Shown: one piece after another, positions 30,502-41,259 of the stretch
Position numbering within the stretch: position 1 is the stretch's first letter
Layout of the letters: the number at the start of each line of letters is the position of its first letter
NCBI RefSeq assembly: GCF_964355755.1
Contig: NC_092675.1
Location: 27,934,912-27,998,911, forward strand
Source: Antedon mediterranea
Taxonomy: Eukaryota > Animalia > Echinodermata
Length of the DNA: 64,000 nucleotides
Reading direction: 5' to 3'
Translations under genes and position numbers: made by a program
Notes under the pieces: generated by a model
The model's database searches: none
What the model was told of the DNA's origin: nothing
The model's input: only the letters and a program-made list of their open reading frames with translations

Positions 30502-31729
30502 ATAGTATTGAGATTCTTTGAAATTGAGTTTTTACCACTGATGTAAAGCTTCCATCACTGTAATGCAGATAATGTAAACAAAAATAAACGAAAAAGAAAA
30601 CTATATATAGACAGTCTTTGTATTATAGTTTTATTTACACTCAAAAGACTCGACCTTTGATTCATTGTGTTTATGCTGACGAATATGTCGACAACTTTTT
30701 AGATAAAATCAATGTAAGTAAAGCTACAATCACAATCATTATCCTGTCTATAGTCAATATTTACCCAGTTTATAGCAAAATAGTAGAAACCAATTTAGTA
30801 GCAAACATTAGTATGTAAAGGCATAACTCATTTGAGGATTCATCGACGCAGGTCGAACGAGTTGAGGATTTCAGTAAATCATAAACGTAAGTTTGCCTAA
30901 GTTTAAATCTTGTTTATCTTTCCTTCAGTTTGTTCATATTATCAGTGATTTTTTCCCAGTCTCATAAGCTTCATGTCTCCCAATGAAGAATCGCTTTTCT
31001 TTTCTACATTGTGTTCAGTTTTATTTGTTGTTTCTTGAAATGTTGCCAATTCGTATACAGTGGTCCAGTGTCCATCGGGTCCTCGAGTTTTTACACAATG
31101 CAGTTTGATCATGGTGATCAAACTTGAAAGAATTGTTATTAAACTTACTTAATAACGATACTATTTTACTTCGATAAATTATTGTTTAAACTCACTCTTT
31201 AGTTTTAAGTCGTTGAGCAATAGGATAAACTTTGATTTTAAGATACCAGTGGTGCGCGCGCCCTTCTCGTATTAGCCACACGCGCCTTGGTTTTGTAAAA
31301 GTTCCCGCTCTTTGTATTCATAACACAATTCGAAAAGTACTTTGATTATTGATGTTATACAATGCTCGCACTCTCACCAGAATAAGGATTATGACGTAAT
31401 CACACTTTTGTACACAGACTGTAGTGATGCGCGCAACCGATTTTTTAAAATGCGTTAGAGTTGGACAAGGAATCAAAATTGGTAGCGGCGGATTGGTCAG
31501 TGCATTAAATGTACACTCCTAAATCAAAGTTATCCTTGCATAACTCATCTCTGTAATCACGTGTCTTTAGTTGAGATTTGTCTTTGAAGTGTGATCATTG
31601 GAGACGCAAGATAAACAGGGTAATTGTCACGAGAAGGTCCAGTATCAACCATTGATCAAAATTCAGTTTGCAGCAACTTCCATCAATAGTTTTTACAAGT
31701 GTTTGGTCTAAAGTGATCGATATTGAAAT

Positions 31730-32854
31730 ATGCCAAACAACACTGTATTGTTCATGCTTTGTAGTATCGTAATATTGCTGTTTTCTGTTGTAAACTCTGT
31801 TAACGGTAGAGACAATATGTGTTGTTATCCAGTTGATAGAATTGATGCTTTTATTGGTCAAAATGTCTCCATCAGTTGCTCTATAACAATTCAACCAAGT
31901 TCATCCAACAACGTCACCATTACTGCTAAGTGGATTCACAATAAACAACGTGTCGCCAAAAGCGAGTATATACACTTACCGTTAAATAATACTGTTCATA
32001 AATTTAATATTTCACTTATTTTTACTAATTTAAGTGAATCAAACCATGGCGAATATGTATTATTTGTTACCGGCGGTACCTCGATTGAATTACTTTTCCC
32101 ATCTACCGAAATATTTGTTTGGTCACCGCCATCTGTAAAAGTATGCAACGCATCTAAATCGCATTACTCCAATAGTGATGTAGCTACATTGAATTGTGCA
32201 GTAACCTCTCCAGCTAGATATTCTTTGCATTGGTTAATTGAGCCAGAGATGCATGACAGACCATTGGTTTACACTAATAAAGATAAGGTTGCAAGTTTAA
32301 AATTCAACGTAACATCGCTGCTTGAAAAGAATGCCTTTATCTGTTTCATAAAAGGAGTGAATTCGTTAGACAGGCAAATGTTGTGTAAATTACAACTAAC
32401 ATCAACTGTGGTCAGAAACAGCCTGCGTATTGATGTTTCATCTTTGTTTGTTATTGGACAGAAGACAACGGTAAAATGCAAGTTTATTGAAAGCTTCTCT
32501 TTAAAGTTTGTTAGTGGAGGTGATGAAGTCTTTTCGAGTGTTGAAAAGGCAAACCAATATTGGATCTCAAATAATTCTGCAATAAACAAACAAATAAATA
32601 ATAATAACACAAGCACGTTGCTTATTGAGAAAGTTTCTCCTGACATGAACAACAGTGAAATTACTTGTATAGTTGACCAATGGAACATTTCAAAAGTAAT
32701 ACAAGTTTCAACAAGGTATGCAACAACTATACAACCGACACATTCCAGTATTGAGACAATCAAACTTAGAAACTACATTTTAGTTGCCGTCAGAACAAGT
32801 ATGCTAGTAGCGACTATTATAATGTTTACTTATTTTAGTGTACAAACAACTTAA
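31730..32854 (+). CDS. IgSF type I membrane protein A1: signal peptide, 3 Ig-like domains, Thr/Ser stalk, Arg-containing TM, 3-aa tail; single coding exon
   Basis: Intact 374-aa ORF with hydrophobic N-terminus; Ig motifs VSISC..AKW..SLIFTNL..GEY, ATLNC..LHW..FIC, TVKC..YW..LLIEKV..ITC; many N-x-S/T sequons; paralogous to 34763 and 62770. Confidence 0.85.
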   Translation: MPNNTVLFMLCSIVILLFSVVNSVNGRDNMCCYPVDRIDAFIGQNVSISCSITIQPSSSNNVTITAKWIHNKQRVAKSEYIHLPLNNTVHKFNISLIFTNLSESNHGEYVLFVTGGTSIELLFPSTEIFVWSPPSVKVCNASKSHYSNSDVATLNCAVTSPARYSLHWLIEPEMHDRPLVYTNKDKVASLKFNVTSLLEKNAFICFIKGVNSLDRQMLCKLQLTSTVVRNSLRIDVSSLFVIGQKTTVKCKFIESFSLKFVSGGDEVFSSVEKANQYWISNNSAINKQINNNNTSTLLIEKVSPDMNNSEITCIVDQWNISKVIQVSTRYATTIQPTHSSIETIKLRNYILVAVRTSMLVATIIMFTYFSVQTT

Positions 32855-34762
32855 ATTTAAACCTACTGCAACGTCTAGTAACTAAGTACCAAGTGCCGAT
32901 ACTTTAATTCTTTTGAAAAAATTAGACCTTCTGTAGTAAGTATGAGATGTTTTGTTTAACTGAAGTTTGACTGCGCCACTATCTCGTGTTGTTACAAACA
33001 AAGAATAATTTCAATGAGTATATTTGTTTAACTGCACCTTATTAATAAGCTGTTGGACGTTTGCTGGGTTATTGCCAACATTTTTGGTCAGCAGACAACC
33101 TAATTCTTTTTACCATTATATTGTTGTATTGACCATTCCATTACGTTTTTAAGTTTAACCGTATCCACAGCGAATGTATCAAATCGATACCCATTGTTTC
33201 ATTTAGTTTTGTTAGACCTACTTTCAATTTACATTGTAGATATTCTTATCAGATGTTAACCACTTCAGTTCGTGTGTCTGTCATTCCAAGTTTTGAATTG
33301 ACAGAAATTATTTGGAATAAAGTGAATTGAATTAAACTCTATCTATGTCCCTACATGGCATTTTCATCAAACGCAGGCATTACATAGGCTTTACAAAATA
33401 CGCAATAATGTTATTTTCTTTCTCCTTAACATATTTTCACATTGATTAATTTATAAATTTACACACACCTTGTCAACACATAAAGACAACTAATACTTTG
33501 GCAGACAGAATTGATAAAGACATGACGTTTTAATTATAACTCTGATTAGTGGGGAGGGAGAAAGTGTGGTAGGCGTAATTGTCTCTCCCTCCTCACTTAT
33601 ACAGTGAGTAAGCCTAGCATTAGAATAGTAGGCCTACTAGGACCGAGACAATATAGATTATGTTCACGAGAAACTACTTTTATTTATAAGAATTTAATGA
33701 GAAAAGGAAGTGCTGATAATGTTTAAAATAGTACTGGAATCTAGGCCTATATATCATGTTTATTTGATTCCACTAGTATGCTGTTTTACTTTCGTGAGTG
33801 ATAGCATATTCATTTATGTATTTCAAATGATAACATGAACGTTTTATAATCTCTTACAAACATAATCGTTTATCATACTTGTTTATAATAGCTATTATAT
33901 TCTTTCCTGGACTTAGTCACGTATTGATATTTAGAGAGACTTATTTCGCCTATTTAAAATATTATATAAACCATAGAAATATAATATACATAATCCTAAC
34001 AGTATCAAACAAATACATACACTATTTCTCATTTCTGAGTCAGTTTTTTTTCTTCAAATGAATACTTCATATTTTTTTAAGGCTTCATACAGTATTACAA
34101 AATTAGTAATAATGCCTATCAAAGATACGTATAGAAATAATGGACGGAGACCACAAAAAGTAAAAATGTTGCCATCATCCCTGGTTAGCCTTGAAGTGGT
34201 CCAGATTTGGGATCCTGGTCCGGATTGGCTCTAAAATGTATGGAGTAATTTGTTGCTAGCCTATATACGGTTTCAGTAGTTTAAATTTGATAAAGATCCG
34301 TCTGAATTAGTGAAATATTTTAAAAAGTAGTTCAGAGTTGGGATCCTGATCCTCTAAAATCGTTTGTTGCTATTATTATAGCCTACCTTCAATGGTTTCA
34401 ATTTGGTAAAGATCATTCTATGAAATGCCATGTGTGCCAAAATACTTATTATTTTACCAATGTTAAGTTGAAATGTAGTCAAGAACTTACGACTAACGAC
34501 TAAGTATAACGTCATAACACTGATAACGTCCTTAGTCATAATTATACTTTAAGTAGTGGACACCCGTTATCGAAATGTCCAATCAGGACCTGTCTTTGTT
34601 TTTACTTTGTCTATATAAGTGTAATCGCACAAGATAACTATAACCAATGTCACACGTAGGTCTAGTGTAGAGTATGGATATATTTGTTTCAAGCACTAAT
34701 AAGTTTTAGAAAGTGTGTTTTACACTACTGGCACATTTCATCTACAGATTTATTATTGAATT

Positions 34763-36513
34763 ATGCCAAACAACACTGTATTGTTCATACGTTGTAGTAT
34801 CGTAATATTGTTGTTTTCTGTTTTAAACCCGGTTAACGGTAGAGACAATATTTGCTGTTATCCAGTGGATAGAATCGATGCTTTTATTGGTCAAAATGTC
34901 TCCATCAGTTGCTCTATAACAATTCAACCAAGTTCATCCAACAACGTCACCATTACTGCTAAGTGGATTCACAATAAACAACGTATCGCCAAAAGCGAGT
35001 ATATACACTTACCGTTAAATTATACTGTTCATAAATTTAATATTTCACTTATTTTTACTAATTTAAGTGAATCAAACAATGGCAAATATGAATTATCTGT
35101 TACCGGTAACTCGACTGAATTACTTTTCCCACCTACCGAAATCTTTGTTTGGCCATCGCCATTTGTAGAAGTGTGTGACGCCTCTAAATCGCATTACTCC
35201 AATGGTGATGTAGCTACATTGAATTGTGCAGTAACCTCTCCAGCTAGATATTCTTTGACTTGGTTAATTGAGCCAGAGATGCATGACAGAGCATTGGTTT
35301 ACACTAATAAAGATAACGTTACAAGTTTAAAAGTCAACGTAACATCGCTGCTTGAACCGAATGTCTTTATCTGTTTCATAAAAGGAGTAAATTCGTTAGA
35401 CAGGCAAATGTTGTGTAAATTACAACTGACAGCAACTGTTGCCATAGACAACCTGCGTATTGTTTCATCTTTGATTGATATTGGGCAGAAGGCAACGTTA
35501 GAATGCAAGTTTATTGAAAGCGTCTCTTTAAAGTTTGTTGATGGAATTTCTCCAAGTGATGACTTCTTTCCAAGTGTTAAAAAGACATCCAATATTGGAT
35601 CTCAAATAATTCTGAAATAAACAAACAAATAAATAATAATAATAACACAAGCACGTTGATTATTGAGAAGGTTTCTCTTGACATGAACAACAGTGAAATT
35701 ACTTGTATAGTTGACAAATGGAACATGTCTAAGGTCATAAAAGTTAAGAAAAAAAGAAATTCATTAAAAAAAAATTTCACCAAATGAAGAGCCAACTTAA
35801 ATCTGGTTTTGATGTTATGCTATCCATTACCGTTGGTTCGCTAGTATTGACGTCTGCCATTATACTTGCATGTTGCATATACACATGATGTATGTCGGAA
35901 ACGAAATTCTGCCTTATCTCAAAGCTCAGAAAGTGTGCCAAACTCACCAGTTAATCAACACATGTCTCCAGGTGGAATCGCTACAAACCAATCAACTTTA
36001 ACCCTAAGTACATTACCATTAGAATACCATACGTTGAATGACAGTTTTGAAACTATTTATGACGAGATCAAAGATTTGATGCCAAATCGGGATTGCAGTA
36101 ACACAGTGCCGTTGCAATGCAATGAATCGGTTGAATTCCGTTTTAATCATACAGACGAGAACTCTGAAATACTTGAATTAATATCAAGTCCACAATACGC
36201 CGAAGTCAACATCGATCACGAAAACAGTGCTAAAGATACAGTGAAACAGAAAGGAGATGAAGTAACAGAGATATCTTCAATTACTTACGACCAACTGAAG
36301 ACCCATAACCCTGATGGAGATGACGATTTTACAGAGGATTCATTATATGCAATACCGAACAAGGTGAAACAGAAAGGAGATGAAGTAGACCTAACAGAGA
36401 TATCTTCAATTACTTACGATCAACTGAAGACCCATAACCCTGATGGAGATGACGATTTTACAGAGGGTCCATTATATGCAATACCAAACAAAACCAAATA
36501 TAGTTTTCGTTAA
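34763..36513 (+). pseudogene. IgSF receptor A2: 3 Ig domains, uncharged TM, long ITIM/ITSM tail; disrupted by three frameshifts
   Basis: Ectodomain aligns base by base with A1. Indels are needed at about 35588, in the A-run 35766-35774, and at about 35885 to join ORF 34763-35620, the end of D3, the TM VMLSITVGSLVLTSAIILACCIY (35814-35882) and the tail ORF 35866-36513. A splice acceptor CTACAG lies at about 34747. Confidence 0.8.
36241..36492 (+). repeat. In-frame tandem duplication (123-nt period) in the A2 cytoplasmic tail
   Basis: VKQKGDEV(DL)TEISSITYDQLKTHNPDGDDDFTE.(S/P)LYAIPNK occurs twice. Confidence 0.9.
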
Positions 36514-37280
36514 ACTTGATTCCAGCTACGATTTATAAATAGGTAATGCTCCTTGATAATACATTTGTACAGACATATTGAGAGAATGTTGACTATTATT
36601 CTTCTGTATTGTGTATTAGCATATATTAATGTTTGTAAATTTGTATTCGTTTACTGAATTTTGCTAAATTGTACACGTTTCTAAATAAAATTGATGAATT
36701 CGAATGCTCCAATGTGGTCCGTCGCAACATCTAAATTTTAACCAATATTTTAATTTTGTTTGGCGTAACTAGATTTGAAATGGACGAATCTGTGAATTTA
36801 ATTGCGTGCGCTTCCAGAATTCTTTTATAGAGGAGTGGGTCGAGAAAACGCGTCATAGTTCATTTTCTATTGGTTGTACAATTGTTCGCTTCACAAAAAG
36901 TAGAAACAATTCGAACTACAAATTTCCCTGAAGCGAAAAACTCAAGAAACTAGAATTCGTCGCAGAGCGGGATTTGAAAGATGGAAACATGAATATTCAC
37001 TGACGCTTTCAATTCGCTCAGCGGAAAATCGGCTTTAATGCTTATTTAACAACTTTATTAAAAATTTTCAAATTAACATATCATTTAAAAAGACATTGAC
37101 ATATTTTAATAATTGTTATTAATAATAAATGTTATTCTTTCAGGTGTGATCAAATAATTGGTACATATAGGCCAACAAGACGTGAATATAAGAAGAGAAA
37201 TATAATAACAAACATCATGGCAGCCGTTACTGTATTCTTACTAACGTGTTTGTACATTCCCGTAATTAGTGGATGTTCTC

Positions 37281-40200
37281 TAGTCCAGTCAATCTAATGA
37301 TATACCCACCACAAATTGCAATAGTAACAAAGCTAGTATTTTTGAATTCGATATAATTTGTAGAACGACATACTAAAAGTCACCGAAAATCCAAGCATTG
37401 GGTCAAGGGGTCAGAGGTCAATAAAGGTAATTTTATGTCAAAATTAATATGCCCCATTAATTACATATATTTAACCATTTAAAATACATTATATACAAGT
37501 GGGATTTATGTCATCCGAAAGCTTATTAAATTTCCTATTCAGTGATATCAAACTTATAGTCATAACATTTTATTTAGAATGTCAATTTTGCGAAAAAACA
37601 CAACATAATGTGTCAATTTTGGCTAAAAATGTTGTTTTCGCTGTAAACAACAATGGTATACACACAGGGATTCCCTGGGGTGAACATTTCAGTCCAACGC
37701 GATACACATGACCAGTTCAAGATGCAGATGAGTGACATCTCCGTTCCTGTTGCTTCTGGATGATCTACATTCCATTTTTTCCAGTTGGCATTTGTGTTGC
37801 CATGGTTACAGTATTTATATTGGAATGTATAAGTATTTTTTAACTAGAAATACAAAGATATTCAACAGCAGTTTGACAATGACCTCCATGTTGTATGACG
37901 TTCGGACCATCTGGGCTGGATTGTCAACAGACCTGCAGGTGATTGAAAAAGTTTCTATGAGAAGCCTCAAAGAAAACAAGAGGTTTGACAAGAAAATATA
38001 GGAATGCGTACATCCAGACCAAATCTGCGCTGAAATGTATGTAATGCCTTGTAATAGTATCAGGGCGTTACTCCAGAGCAGCAGCGGCCAACATAAGACC
38101 TTATGGCAACACGTCAGGAACACAATGGCAATTGAAAAATCCATTTGGTTACGACTCAGAGACTTCATACCATTGACACGGGAGTTACTGCAGGTGACTC
38201 GGAATATTAGCAATGTGGTATTAAGCATTGAATATTTTGGTCAGAAAGTCTTCCAATGTATTCAAGATCCTGGCAATAAAGTCATATGTGTGCATCAATC
38301 CTACAGTTCCAGAGGAGACTCGAGGTGACTTTGTTATCCACCACCACTTTTTGAAACTACCAACTTACAATACTTTCAGCTAATAAACCAACATGATGCC
38401 ACGTGGAAACAACTTCTTCTGAAAAGTCTAATACATCCAACTCACTGAATGATGTCCAGTAGGCCTATATTTTAGATGGTAGTGCTCTACTGCACAGCAT
38501 TCATATGGAATAGTGTAGAGATCTGTAAAAAATATTGCTCTGCATAGTCTTTGATAATTATGAAAGCGGCTCGTCCACCAAAGACGGCGCACATGGTAAG
38601 GCGGGTCAGGTGGTAGTGTCCCTGTACATTTTACCAGTGACATGTTCCACAAAATAGGATCACTTTCGTAACAAACAACAATTTATAAATCTTCGTAACT
38701 AGTATTTGAACAACATGGCAATGAGTGAATGCAGCTGCTGATGCAGATGTTCTTTCGGATAGTACAAAAAACCATTGAATCAGCAAACAGGAAAACAGCT
38801 GTCATTATCCGATGACACGGATCTACTAGTGCTCCTCTGCAGTCAAGCATTTAAAACATCTTGTGATATTCTTTAGACTGGAGCTGAGATGCTGGACTAT
38901 CAAACTGGTTCAAACAGTACATTTTTGAGAGACATCTGTGATAACCTTCTGTTTGCTCATGCGATACTGGTGACACAACATCCAGAGTTTTCGGAATTGG
39001 AAAACAAGTGGCTTTAAAAAAAGCTTGTCATTGCACTTATTTCTGACATTATGCTGTAGTCTTCAAATGCAAACAAGCTACAAAGGATGACATTGTGGTT
39101 GCTAGAGAAAATGGTTCAGTGTGTCTGTACAATGGACTACCTGTACAACGTGGAATGCCTTTGACTCCATCCCATCTACAAGTACAACCTTGCATATCGC
39201 CAACTTCATAATCGTACCACAACCAAGGTACTTAACATCAGGTTCAAGTTCAAGTTATCTTTTAGCAATGGAGTGGGGTTGATATGTGTACCGAGGATTG
39301 GGGATGGAAGATCAGATGATGGAAACATGGTTCCTCTACACACAGACTTAAAGCCAGAGCCTGAGTATCTCCTTGAAGCATTCAGGGGTAACTAGAACTA
39401 CATGTGGTGAATGCAATGGCATTGCACTGTACTAATACCCGAACAAGAAAGTGATACTGATGACATATAAGTTGTGAGTCCTAGTTCAAGAATTTAAGAG
39501 TCGGATGGCAACTGGCAAAAACGAATTTCTTTTCCAGTTTGTTCTACATGCCGGGCATTGAAAGCGACGCCCATGAGGCATGAGCTCGAAATCACTGAAC
39601 AAGGCATGGTTAACATTTTTTAGAATAGCTCTACTTTTTTCTAGAGTGTGCATGTCACAGAAGGAAGACAAGCTACGAAGTTGACAACCTATTAATTATA
39701 AATAAACAACTTTGTAGTGAGTTTCTCTCTTTGACCCTAAGACTAAAAAACCAGCATATAAAGGAAAAAAGTTAAAACATTCTCAATAAAGGAATTATAA
39801 AAAACCATGAGAATTACTTTATTGACATTAAAATGGTTCAGCTTCCTTAACAGATAAAGTCTCTGGTGTCCTTTCTTTACTATTGCCTCTGTATTTAATT
39901 CCCAGCTGAGATTGTCCTCAAATATAGTACCTAGGTATTTAAAGGAATGGACAATATCGCTGGTTCGTCATTTGTGGGGGATACCAGAGGGCTGCGTCCT
40001 TTCTCCTTCCTAAAATCTACAATTATCTCCTTGGTTTTGGTGACATTGAGTTCCAAGTAGGAGTTTCCACAAAATTGGATAAAACCATCTAATGCTGAAC
40101 CATGACCGTCCTGTGAATTTTGAAGGAGAGACAGCAAGACAGTGTCGTCAGCAAATTTAAAAAGATTGTCCTGTTTGCTCCGACAGTCATCCGTGTATAT

Positions 40201-41259
40201 AATATACAAGAGAGGAGAGAAGACGCAACCCTGCGAAGATAAAATACTTCTCATTACGTACATTCGTTGATACTAAAATTATCAAAAATCTATCTATAGT
40301 AAATCATGAGTTGATTCCAAATTATCAAGACTCATTAATTAATCATCAATAGTACATACCGCCGCTAATGAATTTCAATTTTCTTCTAGCTAGTATAATT
40401 TTTCCTATTTCATGACGATACAATAGGTACAAGAAAAACATTATTTGCACCAAATACTTCCAAAATATAAATATAATATATATAAACATAATTTAGTTTT
40501 ACGCTATTTTAAGAACATTTGAGTTTTTGTAAAAGGTCAATGACCTTTTGACCTCTAGTTACGTATAACTGTTATTAATTGTTTTTTAATGTATATTATT
40601 AGTAGGATATATATACTCTACACATTGGTACTAAAGCTATTTAGATATGATTATAAAACAATGGATTATAGGCATAAACGCTACCCCCTACCCCAAAATT
40701 GTTTACATTACATTTGATCAAGAATCAATTTCAATAAGAATAGTACATCATTACTTTTAAAATTCTTCTAGTTAACATCATGTTTGCTATTTTATATATC
40801 GATAGGTACAGATAAAACACAATTTTGATTAAATGCATATACAATTATGGCACAATATTACAGTTAATCATTTTTTTAAGAAAAAAAATGAGTTTTTGTA
40901 AAAGGTCAATAACCTTTTGACCTCTAGTTATATAAATAAATGTTGTATTTTGTTTTTGTAAATTGCATATTAGAAAAAAATGTATATATTCTACACATTG
41001 ATATCAAGATTATTGAGATTGGATTATAAAACCACAAGTTATGGGCATAAATGTTACCCCCTACCCCAAAATATTTATGGAATAAAATCACTATATAGTT
41101 GTTGAGATTACGTAAAAAATAATGTGTTCCAATGCTTCAATTTTTGGTGACTTTTAATATGTCATTATAAACTACATTTGGAATGAAAAAATTAATGTTT
41201 CGTTACTATTCCAATTTGTGGTGGGTTTACCTCTAAATATCACTAGATTGACTGGACTA
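37281..41259 (+). mobile_element. Decayed Academ-like (XPG-nuclease-encoding) DNA transposon
   Basis: About 120-bp TIRs starting TAGTCCAGTCAATCTA(A/G)TGATAT; TAG..CTA ends; flanks TCTC/CCTC. Frameshifted internal peptides WAGLSTDL.VIE..MRSLK, LDGSALLH, IVFDNY...STKD, ADADVL, DDTDLLVLL, LFAHAILG.DTTSRVFGIGK (XPG/FEN1 H2TH-like), DWGWK. Superfamily assigned from recalled hallmarks, not a search. Confidence 0.75.
39486..40263 (-). mobile_element. Decayed LINE 3' fragment (Rex1/Babar-like RT) nested in the Academ-like element
   Basis: QGCVFSPLLY..YTDD, KFADDTVL, LNVTKTKEIIVDFRK and C-terminal SFLPVAIRLLN, with stops and frameshifts between them. Confidence 0.8.

Noticed and set aside
32269-32763. 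Antisense ORFs over the Ig genes (also 35299-35592, 41860-42123, 63498-63686) and over DOCK/PUM3 exons
   Set aside because: Shadow frames of real coding sequence with no independent motifs.
37283-41246. Transposon removed as an intron using GT at 37283 and AG at 41245-41246
   Set aside because: The donor context is weak and the spliced product would be out of frame.
37281-41259. ProtoRAG/Transib-type element or V(D)J-like split gene
   Set aside because: The termini are TAGTCCAG, not CACAGTG/CAC-type; there are no RAG1/2-like peptides; the insertion is at the leader/V boundary, not the CDR3-equivalent.
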